The notes under the pieces: model-generated
What the model saw: only the letters and a program-made list of their open reading frames with translations
What the model was told of the DNA's origin: nothing
The model's database searches: none
Translations under genes and position numbers: made by a program
Source: Phaeosaccion multiseriatum
Taxonomy: Eukaryota; Protista; Ochrophyta, other classes
Direction: 5' to 3'
Assembly (NCBI GenBank): GCA_965112735.1
Contig: OZ218953.1
Coordinates: 5,582,048 to 5,646,047, forward strand
Length of the DNA stretch: 64,000 nt
Shown here: piece after piece, positions 23,723 to 34,900 of the stretch
Layout: each line of letters opens with the position of its first letter
How positions within the stretch are numbered: the stretch's first letter is position 1

Positions 23723-24855
23723 CACACAGGCGATGCGCAAAGTCACGGGCTCTCTGTCCAAGTCCGCGTGCACCGTGGTGTTCATCAACCAGCTCAGAAG
23801 CAAAATCGGCGTCATCTACGGCAGCCCAGAGGTCACCGCGGGGGGCAACGCGCTCAAGTACTATTCGTCTGTGCGCCTTGATGTGCGCAGGAAGGAGACG
23901 ATGCGGGACGGAACGGGCATCGTGGTCAAGGTCAAGGTGGCCAAGAACAAAGTGGCACCCCCCTTCAAGGTCAGGGAAGAGGGAGGACGGAGGAGAAAGA
24001 GGAGGGACTTGGAGGTGCTGGCTCGCTCGCTCGGTCGCTTGCTTGCTTGCTTGCTTGCTTGCTCTCGGAGGGGGGATCATCACTAGGAACTCATTCGTTC
24101 CGTCATCCGTCCGCCTGCCCGCCCTGCCTCCGGCCTTTCGAGTCATACACCCAACACTGGACGGGGCCAGCCGATTGATTCCGTTCCGTGTGATATAACT
24201 TGAGTCGCGCCTCTGCGCTGCCTGTGCCTGTTGCCTCTGCTGCGCAGGTTGTGGAGCTGGACGTGCTGTTCGGAAAGGGCATCGACTCCGTCTCCTGCCT
24301 GCTCGACGCCGGGGAGAAGGCGGGCTGCATCGAGCGCAAGGGCTCCTGGTACAGCTACGACGGCAACAACGTTGCTCAGGGAAGGCTCAACACCGTGGAC
24401 TGGCTCAAGAAGGTGCGTTGTGTGCGCCGGAGAAACACGTTAACATGCACTCCGCTCTGCCCGATAGCTCTACCCGCTACCTCTACACTGTAGCTCTGCC
24501 CTACAGCAGCGGTAGCACTCTGCCCAGTGGTAGTAAGCCAACTAACTGAACCCCCCGAGCCGTCTTGTCACACCAACACGATGCTGTGTACCCCGTATGC
24601 ATGTATGTATCATCGCAGAACCCTGATGCCCGGGAGAGTCTCGAGCAAAGGGTGCGCACTCAGCTGTCGGTGGATGGAGGGGCCGCTCAAGTAGAGGCTG
24701 ACGAGGATGAGGGGCAGGACCTTGGGGAGGGGGAGGCGGAGGAGGAGGGGGACGCGGAGGAGGAGCGCCCCTCGTTTGAGCGAGATCAGCCTCGGGCGAA
24801 GGACGGATTAAATCAGATGGACATGGCAGCGCACTTCAGCCAGGGAATCCTCTAA
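22282..24855 (+). CDS. recA: Bacterial-type RecA recombinase, plastid-targeted
   Basis: Exons 22282-22726, 23009-23370, 23730-23969, 24249-24411, 24619-24855. Motifs: [109 protein letters not shown]. Bipartite presequence with the cleavage motif VQA|FVP. Confidence 0.96.
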
Positions 24856-24927
24856 ATGATACCACCAGGGAATCTCTAAATGATGCCACCAGGGAATCCT
24901 CTAATCAGCCAGGGGATCCTCTAAATG
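24840..24927 (+). repeat. ~25-bp tandem repeat (4 degenerate copies) spanning the recA stop codon
   Basis: CCAGGGAATCCTCTAAATGAT.CCA is repeated, and the first copy contains the TAA stop. Confidence 0.85.
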
Positions 24928-25433
24928 GTACACAAACCGAAGTGCTTTCAAAGGAAGGCCTCTGTTTGGTAAGGGTTGTTGAGCTTTGAGCTTTGGTCGG
25001 TCCTTGTCAGCCGCGGCATCGCCCCGAGGGGAGAGGGGGAAAGGATCAGACGGTGACTTGTAACAATACACAATGGGGGGGTGGGACGAGGGGGAAGGAC
25101 CTTAGGGCTGGGCACCGTACACCGCGTCGGAGAGAGCCGAGGAGGGCAGGACGAGGTAGGGGCAGCACAGGACAGGGGAAGGCAGTGGATGGCCCTGCAC
25201 ATGGTTGGCAAAGGAGACAAGTCCGCAGCGACTTTACATGTAGATGAACAAGAAAGGGAGCCGTACATTACAGCCGTATGTATATATGACAATAAATCGG
25301 CGCTCTTGATTTGATTGCCCAATGGCTTTGGATGCTTTCACTCTCCTTATTGTACCAGTGGGACCAGCCTACGCTCCCACTGCTCCACTTTATGCTTTAC
25401 TGCCGGCCAACGGCTATGTCCACACTTCAAATG

Positions 25434-26586
25434 TCAAAACTCGGGCGAAGCAGACCGTGTCAAGCCGTAGTAGCCTGCAGTCACTGCAGTCACTGCTCCG
25501 CCCCGCCCCTCTTCTCCCGCCCACTCGGCCCCCTCTTGTGCCCCTCCGCTCTCGCCCTCGCCCTCGCCCTGCCCCTGCCCAGGCCACTGCTCCTGCTGCT
25601 GCTGCTCCATCATGTGATCCTCCTCCTCTTCCTCTTCGTCCTGTGCTTCCACGAGCTCCGGAAAGGTGAGAGCAAAGATGGCCTGAGAGATGAGGGCCTT
25701 GACCTCGTCTGCCAGCCCTCCCTTCTTGGCCCCGCCCCAGCCCTTCTTGCCATCCGGCACGAGCATCCGTTCGAGGTCCACAAAGGCCTTCTCAGCTCTG
25801 AGGTTCGAAGCAATCGTAGCAGGGGGGAAGGAAATGAGAAGTGGGCGGAGGGACAGACAAGGAGAGAATAAAGTCGGGAAGACGCTAAGCACGACTGAGA
25901 CGCTCTGCCGTGCGAGGCCCAACGCTCAACGCTCAACGCATGTGAGAGCTCTGGAGGGAGGCTCACGAGAAAATCGAATCGACATTGATGTTCGATATGG
26001 GCCGGGAAGAAACTGAAACAGCGTACCTTGACTCCCACGTCCATTGTGCTTGGTCCTCAAGCCGTGTCCTCAGGGCCTTCATCCCCTCCGCCACCACGGT
26101 CAAGTGCTCGTCATCGTCGAAACACATCGCCACTCCTTCGAGAGATGAGAGTGGACGGGGAGGAGGGGCACGCGGAGGACGGGGGTCAAACTCACACACG
26201 CACACACGTACTACGAAGTACGAAACAAAACCGCTCCCTTTCTTCCCTCGAGGCCGGGTTTTCTCTCACTCACCTTTGAGCCTGGTGGCCAGTGCCTCGA
26301 CGGGCCCCCAGCCCCCCGCCTCCTCTACCGCCTCTTCCACCCCGGGGAAGCCAAGTAGGCTCAGCACGAAGTCGCGCGCTTTGAAGGCGGCGAGGGCCTC
26401 TGCTACGCAAGAGAAGTGGCGCATGGACAGCTCTAGGGTCCGCCCCTGCCCGCCCCCCCCTCCTCCTGCCGTTCTCCCTGATGGCGCCCCCCCTCTCCCT
26501 GCTGCCCCTTTTCTTGTTGCCTTGACTTGCTCAATGTATCTCTCTGCGTCTTCCAATCCCTTGGGCACGTGAGAGTGCTCACTTCC

Positions 26587-26632
<46 letters not shown>

Positions 26633-27984
26633 ATCCCCAGCTGCTGCTCCTGCCGTCGCCCGTAGGCATGGAGCTCACGCAGCGCCTGCGCAAAGATGGA
26701 GGCGAGGGCTCCATCCATAGCCGCTGCGCTGGACTCGCCTTGGGTGGGCAGCCTCATGTCTACAAGCCGCCACACAGAGCTCCGGATGGAGTCACCGTCA
26801 ACGTCACCGCTGCTGGAGCCAGAGCTACCGCCCACGCTGAGGGGGAAGGGTGAATATAGAGGGGCGGGGAGAGACGCGGTGCTGGTGAGGCGGAATCGTT
26901 AGTTTCGAATGGTGCTGTAGAATAGGTTGGGGTGGCAAAGGCAAAGCGCGAACCAAACGGAGAGCGGGTCGAGGTACTATCGCTTGTACCGCCCAAAGAA
27001 CGCAGAGCAGGGAGGGACGAAATACAACACAAAAAGTATCACGAAAGGACACCACCATTTTCGTACCTCGCGCCCTCACCGCAGAGAAGAAAAGGGTTCA
27101 CTGTGGGTGCGGCCATCCCGAGGGGCTCGCTGTTGAGGAGGCGGCGAAGGTGGAAGCGCAGGAGCGAGCTCAGGAAGCCCGCAAGGCGCGAGCGGAGGGG
27201 CGACTCCAGCGCCGCCACTCTACTCCACCCCGCCACGCCGCCCGACATGGACTGAGACGAGTCAGGGGAGGAGAATGAGGAGGGGGGCCTGCACGAGTAC
27301 ACACAGCAGAGCTCTCGAAGATAACAGGCCGCCGCTGAAGTCACGTGCGTCTCGGACACCTCCGAGCCCATCTGCCGCGCAGCCTCTACCACCACTCCGG
27401 CCAAGCTGAGCCCCGTCCCTGCTACTGCTGTATCACCAACTCCTGCGTCTTGTACGGTGTGAGTCGGTGGAGCGGCGGCTGCTACTACCGAGGATGACGA
27501 GTCTGTTGATGACTTAGCGACCATCACAGCTATGGAGGGGCTCTGCTCGCTCCTGCTCGCGCTGCTCTCGCTCTTAAGCGCACTCCTGCGCGTACCCGTC
27601 GCTGCCCCTCTGCCGCTGCGGGCAATGGTCTTCAGAGCTCGCATGAACGTCAGCAGCGCGTCCTCCCCCCCCTCCCCTCCTGCAAAGTGTCCAGCACGAC
27701 TGCTGACGGCCCTGCCCTTAACAATATCCTCCTGCTCAATGACCCTCGACAGCAACTCTGCGCACCGCTCGGAGGTTCGCCGCGAGGCCGGCCTGGAGTC
27801 GACAGGAAGCGCCACCGCCGACAAGTCAAAGCTACAGAAGCGCACCTTGCCCAGGGGGGGGGCGCTACTCTCCGCTCGAAGGCTCTCCACCGCGGCGGCC
27901 TCCGCTGCCATCATGGCCTGGAGCATCGGGAGCAGGGTCACCACCCCCGTCTGCTCCTGTTGCCCTTGCTGCTGTATCACCAAC

Positions 27985-28020
<36 letters not shown>

Positions 28021-28171
28021 TGCTGGACGAGAGCCAGGGCGGAGGCGAAGACCGCTGGCAGCACGGCTCCGGCAGTATGGCGATATTTGAGGCGGGCGGC
28101 CTGCTCCATGATTTGCTGCCCCGAAGGGACTACAGGCAAGGGAGGGCGCGACCAAGAGGAAGCGCCTTGTC

Positions 28172-28210
<39 letters not shown>

Positions 28211-28825
28211 CTCCCACGCCTCTGTGGCCATAAGCCGTCCGCAGCACTTGTAACTCGCGCTCTACACGCAGAGCCTCGGGCTCCATGGGCTCAGCCTCGA
28301 GCAGGGGGGGATTGGCTGCAGAGGCGGACGTGTCCGGCCCGGCTTTTGTCTGTCCTACCAAAAGCCCTCCTGGGGTCTTTCCTTGCTCTGCCCAAAGAAC
28401 GCTCGAGCAAGAGTCCTGCGTGCCGCCCATCGACTCCACAACAGGGACTTGGCTGGCATCTGTACCACTGCTGATGCCGCTGATGCCGCTGATACTGCTG
28501 GTGCCGCTGGTGCTGCTGGTGACCGGCAAAGGGGCGGCAACTGCGAGGGCCTTCTCGTCAAGCTTCCGCCGCCTCCGTCCGGCAGCGTCTTGCGCTGCGA
28601 GGGCGCGTAAGTTGGTGCTGCTGCTGTTAGTGCCCTTACCACCACCCCCTTGCACAGCCCGAGCCGCAGCCTTGCGCTTAATGGGCAGGGGAGACGGCAG
28701 GCAAGGCCAACCGGAGGTGTGTGAATGTGTGAGGGCAGAGGCCACCGGGGCGGAGGATGGCACGCACTTTCGCTTCTTGACCACCTTCCCCCGCTCCTCG
28801 GGGATGGGCACGAGGCCTGGATGTC

Positions 28826-28866
<41 letters not shown>

Positions 28867-29815
28867 ATCACCAATTGCCCCCTCTGAGCACCCCCGGAGG
28901 CGCCTCCTTTCCCTCCCTGGCCCTGACGAGCTGCAGCTGCTGGCTTCGACCCACCTCTCCCCCCTGCCGCTGTTTTGGCGGTGGCCTTATTCGTCCTCCT
29001 CGCCCCCTGCGTCTCGTCAGTCGCCTTGTCAGCCTTCCTCACTTCTGCCACACCCCCTCCGGCGGTTTCAGCTGTTGCTCCGGGTACTGCGGAGGTCCCA
29101 TGCGCTGTCACCGCCTCCCCGTCTCTTGCTGCTCTACCTGCTCCTCCCTTCTGCGGAACATTCCGACTCCTCTTCACGCCCCGCTCCCGCTCCCCCCCCC
29201 CCTCCTCCTCCTCCTCCTCCGCCACGACTTGCTCGTTGTACACCACGCGGCCCCTCCGACTGATCCTCAAGCTCCGACGACGGAGGGATTGGTCCCTCTT
29301 CTGCACCTGCTCTGTCATCTTCAGAATCTGTGCCGAGATTGCCGCCGCCTCTCCCCCCCCCTCTCCCTCCCCGCCTCCCTCCCCTGCACTTTGTCCATCC
29401 TCTCCGCTGCCCCCCCCCCCCCCCTTGCCGCCCCTGCTACTACAACTACTTGTGCGGGCCTCACTTCCCCCCACCACCCCTGATTCTGCATCGCCTGCTT
29501 CTGCTTCGTCGTCATCATCCTTCAGGAAATCATCGTCAATCACGAGCATCCCCTCCCCTGCTCCTGCTGCTGTATCACCAACTGCTGCTGGTGCTCGTGC
29601 TGCTGGTGCTCCTGCTGCTGGTGCTCCTGCTGCTGGTGCTGCTGTGGTTGGGTCTCCCCCAGTTTTTGGGCTGTGATTCCACTCTCCAATCCTGCCGAGT
29701 CCGATTCCCAGCAACATGTCGTCGTTCTGCGGCATGCCGAAGTCGTCAGGCATGGCCACCTCGTCCAACTCAGAAACATCCATCAAGTCCTCCGCTGCCG
29801 ATATGTCTCCTCCTC

Positions 29816-29846
<31 letters not shown>

Positions 29847-31850
29847 ACCCTTTCCTCCTCCTTCGCTCCCCTCTTCTCCGTTCCTTGCCAGGGACAGCGC
29901 CTGCGTGTCAGCCTTTGCTTCCAACGCTGTTGCTGCTTCTGTTGCTGCCGCTGCGTGTACTGCTTTTGGTGCTGCTTTTGCTGCTTCCGTTGCTGCTGCG
30001 GCTGTTGCGACTACTGGCCTTTCTTCGTGTGTGCAATCTCCAGCACCTTCGCCATGCTTCTCTTCCGTCGCTGAGACGGGGGCTGCTGGGATGAGACTCC
30101 GAAGCAAGGCGTCTCCCTGCAGCTCCTGCCCCAGGTTTGCTGACGTAAAAAGCTCCTTCAGGCCGCGCGCTAACGTCTCTACCGCCGTCTCGCCCGTCTT
30201 CGTTCCTTCGTCCATCGCTGTAGCGGAGGTGGCGGTAGCCATACCTTTCCCCCGTTTGCTGCCTCTGCCTCTGCCTCTGCCTCTGCCTTGCTCTTGACCC
30301 TCGTCTTGCTCCTTGGTGGCGCAGCCCCCTGCCCCGCCCTCCCCTGCAATTGTGTGAGCGACGACGGCCCTCAATCCCTGCTGTAGCGCAACAAGCTTGT
30401 CCTGGACACATTTCACCTCCTCATTGGCCCTCGTTAAGGCAGCCTTGTCCTTCTTTCCCTTGGCCTTGAGAGCAGCTGCGCTTTCCTTGAATCGCCGCTG
30501 CGCCGCGTCACTCTGCTCTTTCAAACAATCTACTTGGGCGCTCAGCTCGCCGTTCTCGCGGGTAAGAGCAGCGGTTTTGAACCCTTGCTGCTCTTGTACT
30601 TGCTGCTGCCTCTCTGTCCCCTCCTCCCGCAGTCTGTGTGCTTCTTGCAGCGCTGTGGCCAAACCTGATGCCATGTCCCTGCCCTCAATCTCCATGGAGT
30701 CCACACGGGCCCTGAGGGCGGCATTCTCCTCTTGCAGACTAGTCTGCCGTCGAACGAGTTCCCTCCTCTCCGCCTCGGCCTCTCCAGCAACCGCAGCAAC
30801 CGCAGCTTTGGTCTTTGCCAGCCCCTGTTGCTCGTCTCGCTCTTTCTCCTCGCGAACAATCGCCGCCTCCCTGCCCAACCTCACGTTCTCCGACTCCAGC
30901 GTCTCGATCTTGCTCTGAAGCTTCTGCACCTCAACTTCCGTCTTTTTGGCCTGCTGTAAAGTTTCCTCCCTTTGAGCACAAGCCCCCTGTACCTCTCCCA
31001 CCAAAGCCTCAGCTGCCAGCTTGGCCGTCTTGGTCTCGTGTCTTGCGAGCGCCAGCTCGCTCTCCAAACCAGCCACACGCTCCTCCAAAGTCTTGATCTG
31101 TTGTATCGACGCCACCCACTTCGCCTGATGTTGCTGTTGCTCCTCCTCCTGTTGCTTCGCTTTCTGCAGCTCCTCCTGACGCTCTTGCTTTTCTTGACTG
31201 GGCTCTTCCTTATTCCGGGCGGCTTCTTTCTTCTCTTGCTGCTGCCGCTCCTCCGTGCAGCTACCGCCGCTCTCCGCCTTTCTTGGATGACCGTCATTGC
31301 CCCTATCTATCCTTCCGGCGTCTACCCCCCTAACTCCTGCTACCCCTACTACCCTATGGTGTTGTTGTCGTTGCTGTTGCTGCTGTTGCTGCTGTTGTTG
31401 TCTATATTTCTGCTTTTCCTGTTGCTTATGTTTCAAGTCTGCGAACAGTGAAGGCTGACCACAGCTGTTCGTGCCCCCGGCTGGGGATAGTGGCCCCGAA
31501 TCTTTCCCATCGGCACTGCTGCCACCACCGCCACCCCCATTCTTCCCGTCTTTCCTCGACGCGTGGAGAGAGGGGACAGAAAACTGCGCCAGCGCTTCGC
31601 CTACTCCAGACGTAAGAAGACCACTCGGTCGAGCCTTCCCCTTTCTCGGACTTCTTCGGAGCTGCTGTTGCTGTTGCTGACCTGCTGAGCATTCAGGGAA
31701 CTCCGTTCTCTGCTTGGTTGCCGCTACTTCTTCCCTATTAATATCCTTTACCCCCAGGGCCTTCTTGCCACTGCCTGCCCTGCCACTGCCTTCGCTGCCC
31801 ACGCCCCCCTCCGGAGCTGCTCCTGGTCCATCCGTGAAGATGAACGGCAT
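25434..31850 (-). CDS. Large low-complexity coiled-coil protein of unknown function
   Basis: A 1603-aa ORF (31850-~27060) with a heptad coiled coil (~aa 200-500) and polyQ/polyA/polyG tracts. Probable downstream exons lie at ~26835-26274, ~26146-26027 and ~25801-25434. Confidence 0.65.
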
Positions 31851-31931
31851 ACTCAGGAGGATCTCTCTCTATTCTCTCTCTTGCTTATATAAAAAAATCC
31901 TCTAACGGTCGTTCCGCCGACACTCGAGAAG

Positions 31932-34900
31932 ATGGCACTGGATGGATGGCTTGCTCATGCGTTGGGCATACCATTGGACACCCCAAAAGGGATGAAGCGG
32001 GCCAAGGCGTCAGGAGAGGCCAAGGTGGTTGGTCCACCCCCTGTGCTACTGCTCTTCGCCGCGACGGCATTGCTACAAACGGTCCATGTCACGGCCTTCA
32101 GCCTTGTTCATTCTCCCCCTGCCTCTGGTCTGGCCCGGCGCAGCAGCAGCGGGAGCACGCGCAGGAGCAACAGATTGCGGGGTGAAGGGAGTGGGTGGGG
32201 TTCTCCTTCATCGTGTGGCTGTGGGAGAAAAAGTTGCGGCAAGAGAGGGGGCAGTCAGCAGCAGTACGGCTGGAGAGAGGAAGGTCTGCTGTTGAGGAAG
32301 TCAACTGCTCGTGATGGAGAAGAGGTGCAGGATGGCAGTCGGAAAAGGCGCAGAGGAGACTCCAGCAGCAGGAGAAGTCGGCTCGCTGACACGAGGCTGG
32401 CTGCGGCGAGCACTCCAACAGGCAGCGCGGGGGGGGGGGGTGACAAGGCGCGAGGCTTAACAAGGAGAGACTTGCTATCCTCTGCCGCCCTGGCCGCCAC
32501 TACGGGCACTGCCGCTGCAGCAGTGCTCACGGCTTTCCCTCAAGTATCCAAGGCAGCAGCGGCCGCAGCGCTAGGAGGATCCGGCTCCCCTGCCTCTGGA
32601 TCTTTCAATTACGTCCCTCCCGAGCTGGTGTGGACCCCCGTGAACGAGGCGGGGCAGGCAGCGGCCAGCGGGACGGGGACGTACAGCCCGCGCTTCACAG
32701 CCTACTTGGCCCGATTCCTCCTGAACTTCGACCCCCGCAGCATGTACTGGTGGGAGCAGCAGAAGAGAAAAGTACCCCGAGACAAGGCCGAGGCACTGGC
32801 CAGGGAGCTGATGGAAAATGGCTCCGACGCGGTCTTTCGAGCGCTCGATCTCAACAAAGACGGCGAGGTGGACAAGGAGGAGTTCTTCGTGTCGCTGAGC
32901 AATCAGAAGAGCGCCTTTAGTGGCTTCCAAGCCTCCGTGAGCTTTGGTAAGTGCAGGGTCCGAGGTGGGCGTAAGTGTTCGCGCCTCGGGCATGCCTCGT
33001 TTTGTTGTCTACACTGTTCGTCCTCCGCCCTCCTCGAGACTGCTTTTTGTCGGTGATGTCTTTTTATGCTCCTGAGAATGAATGCAAGTCGATTAGTCCA
33101 TCCCTCCCTCGATGAGTATCGTCCTCCTCTCCTGTTTCTCCTCTCCTCTTCTCTCCTCTCCTCTCCTCTCCTCCCCCCCCCCCTCCCGTCCCCTCCCCGC
33201 GCGTCTCACGCCAACTCACTCACTCACTCGCTCACTCAGGCCTGCGCAATTACCAAGGGAAGGACGGCACGCAACGCCTCTTCACCCTGCTCATGGACGA
33301 GTTCGGCCGCTCTCTGTCCAACAAGCGCCAGATCGCGCTGCTCTTCTCTCTGCTGGACTCCGAGCAGCCCACGCAGCTCATCAAGAAGCTCATCGCCGAG
33401 ACGGACAACTCCTCCGTGGAGTCGTACAAGTAGGTGCTACTGAGTGAGTGAGTGTGTTCTGGCTAGAGGGGCTAGGTGGTTATGTTTTGTGTGCTACTGA
33501 GTGAGTGAGTGTGGCACGTCAGCGAGAGGCGAGGGAGAGGCGAGGGGGGGAGGGACTTGTGTTCGTGCTGGAGCTCTGGGAGAGGAGAGGAACGAACAGC
33601 GAGGGGCTATGGCATATACCCATATACCCATAAACTAAGTAAAGTATCCTTGTCCCCACGTCCCCACTACCCTTCCCTCCCCGCCCCCCGCCCCCCCCCC
33701 ATCCACTGCCATCTCTCTCGTTTCTCTTAGGGTTGTGAATGGAGGCTCTGGCTATTCTCCCCGGAAGCCCCCTCTAGTGACTGTGGAGAAGCCTCTGTAC
33801 AAGGCGGATCAGGCCACCGCCAAGTGCACTCTCAAGCCCACGGGCCGCTTATTCCGCATCAAGGTAGGAACCACAGAGGGGGGCTTAAGTATGCTTAAGT
33901 ATGGCCGGTATAGTCTGTCCCCTTTCTGTTTTTCAAGGACGAGTGGGGAGCAGGCCAGCGCGAGCCGTTGTGTTGTGCCTTGGGGAGGGAGCAGATGACA
34001 GAATAAGTGAAGAGAGCACTTGGACCCTGGGCCGGCTCCGAGGGACGAGGACACCATCCAGGGTGACCACAGGGAGTACCACCAAAGTGCCACCAGATTG
34101 GTCGCTCCCCGCCCTCTCCCCCACCTCTTGCTCCTTTGGCATGATGTCACTTCGCTACCATCCTGGCCGTTTTCCCGATGCCGTCTTGGTCACTCTCTTC
34201 GCTGTATTTATGCACACCGTGCCGGGCGTCCCTGCACTTGCCAACACTTGCCTGGCCGCTGAGCATGCCTCTTCCTCTGTACCTCCTCTGTCTCTGTGTG
34301 CACCCCCCCCCCCCAGGTGCTCAGCGGCGGCAAGGGCTACACCAGCCCCCCCGAGGTGACTGTTTCCAGTCCGGCGTGGGGCAGAGGCGAGTCTGCCAAG
34401 GCCATCGCCACCATCAAGGGCGGGCAGGTGGCGGGCATTGTCCTGACCAATCAGGTGGGGAGGGGAGATACACAGTAGTTAGCAACCCTGTACATGTTTG
34501 GTCTTAGATCTCTTGTTCTCGTGTGTTCGTCTTGGTCCGCTCTCTGTCTGCTGATGCCCTTGCCCTGCCTTGCCTCGCTGCTGTGCTCTCTCCTTCAGGG
34601 AAAGGATTACAGCCCCGATGACCCGCTCATTGTCTCGATTGGGCTGCCCACCCCCAAGGACGCCAACGTGATTCAGGACCTTGAGTCGGTCATGGGCGGT
34701 GAGTTGTGCGTTGTGCGTTGGAGGGCACCACTGGGAGTCCGCTTGCTGGTGCTGCTGGTGCTGGTGCTGGTGCTGGTGCTGCTTCTTCTGCATTCCCAAA
34801 CTGCCTGTCTCCGAGGCTTTGGACGGTGGCGGATTTGTTTTGTTGGGCTCAAGTCTTTCCCCTTGGACTCATCGTTCCTTCCTCCGTGCCCCTCTTTGCC

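Noticed and set aside
22282-24855. recA as bacterial contamination or recent HGT
   Set aside because: It has four spliceosomal introns and a plastid presequence, so it is a standard nucleus-encoded organellar RecA.
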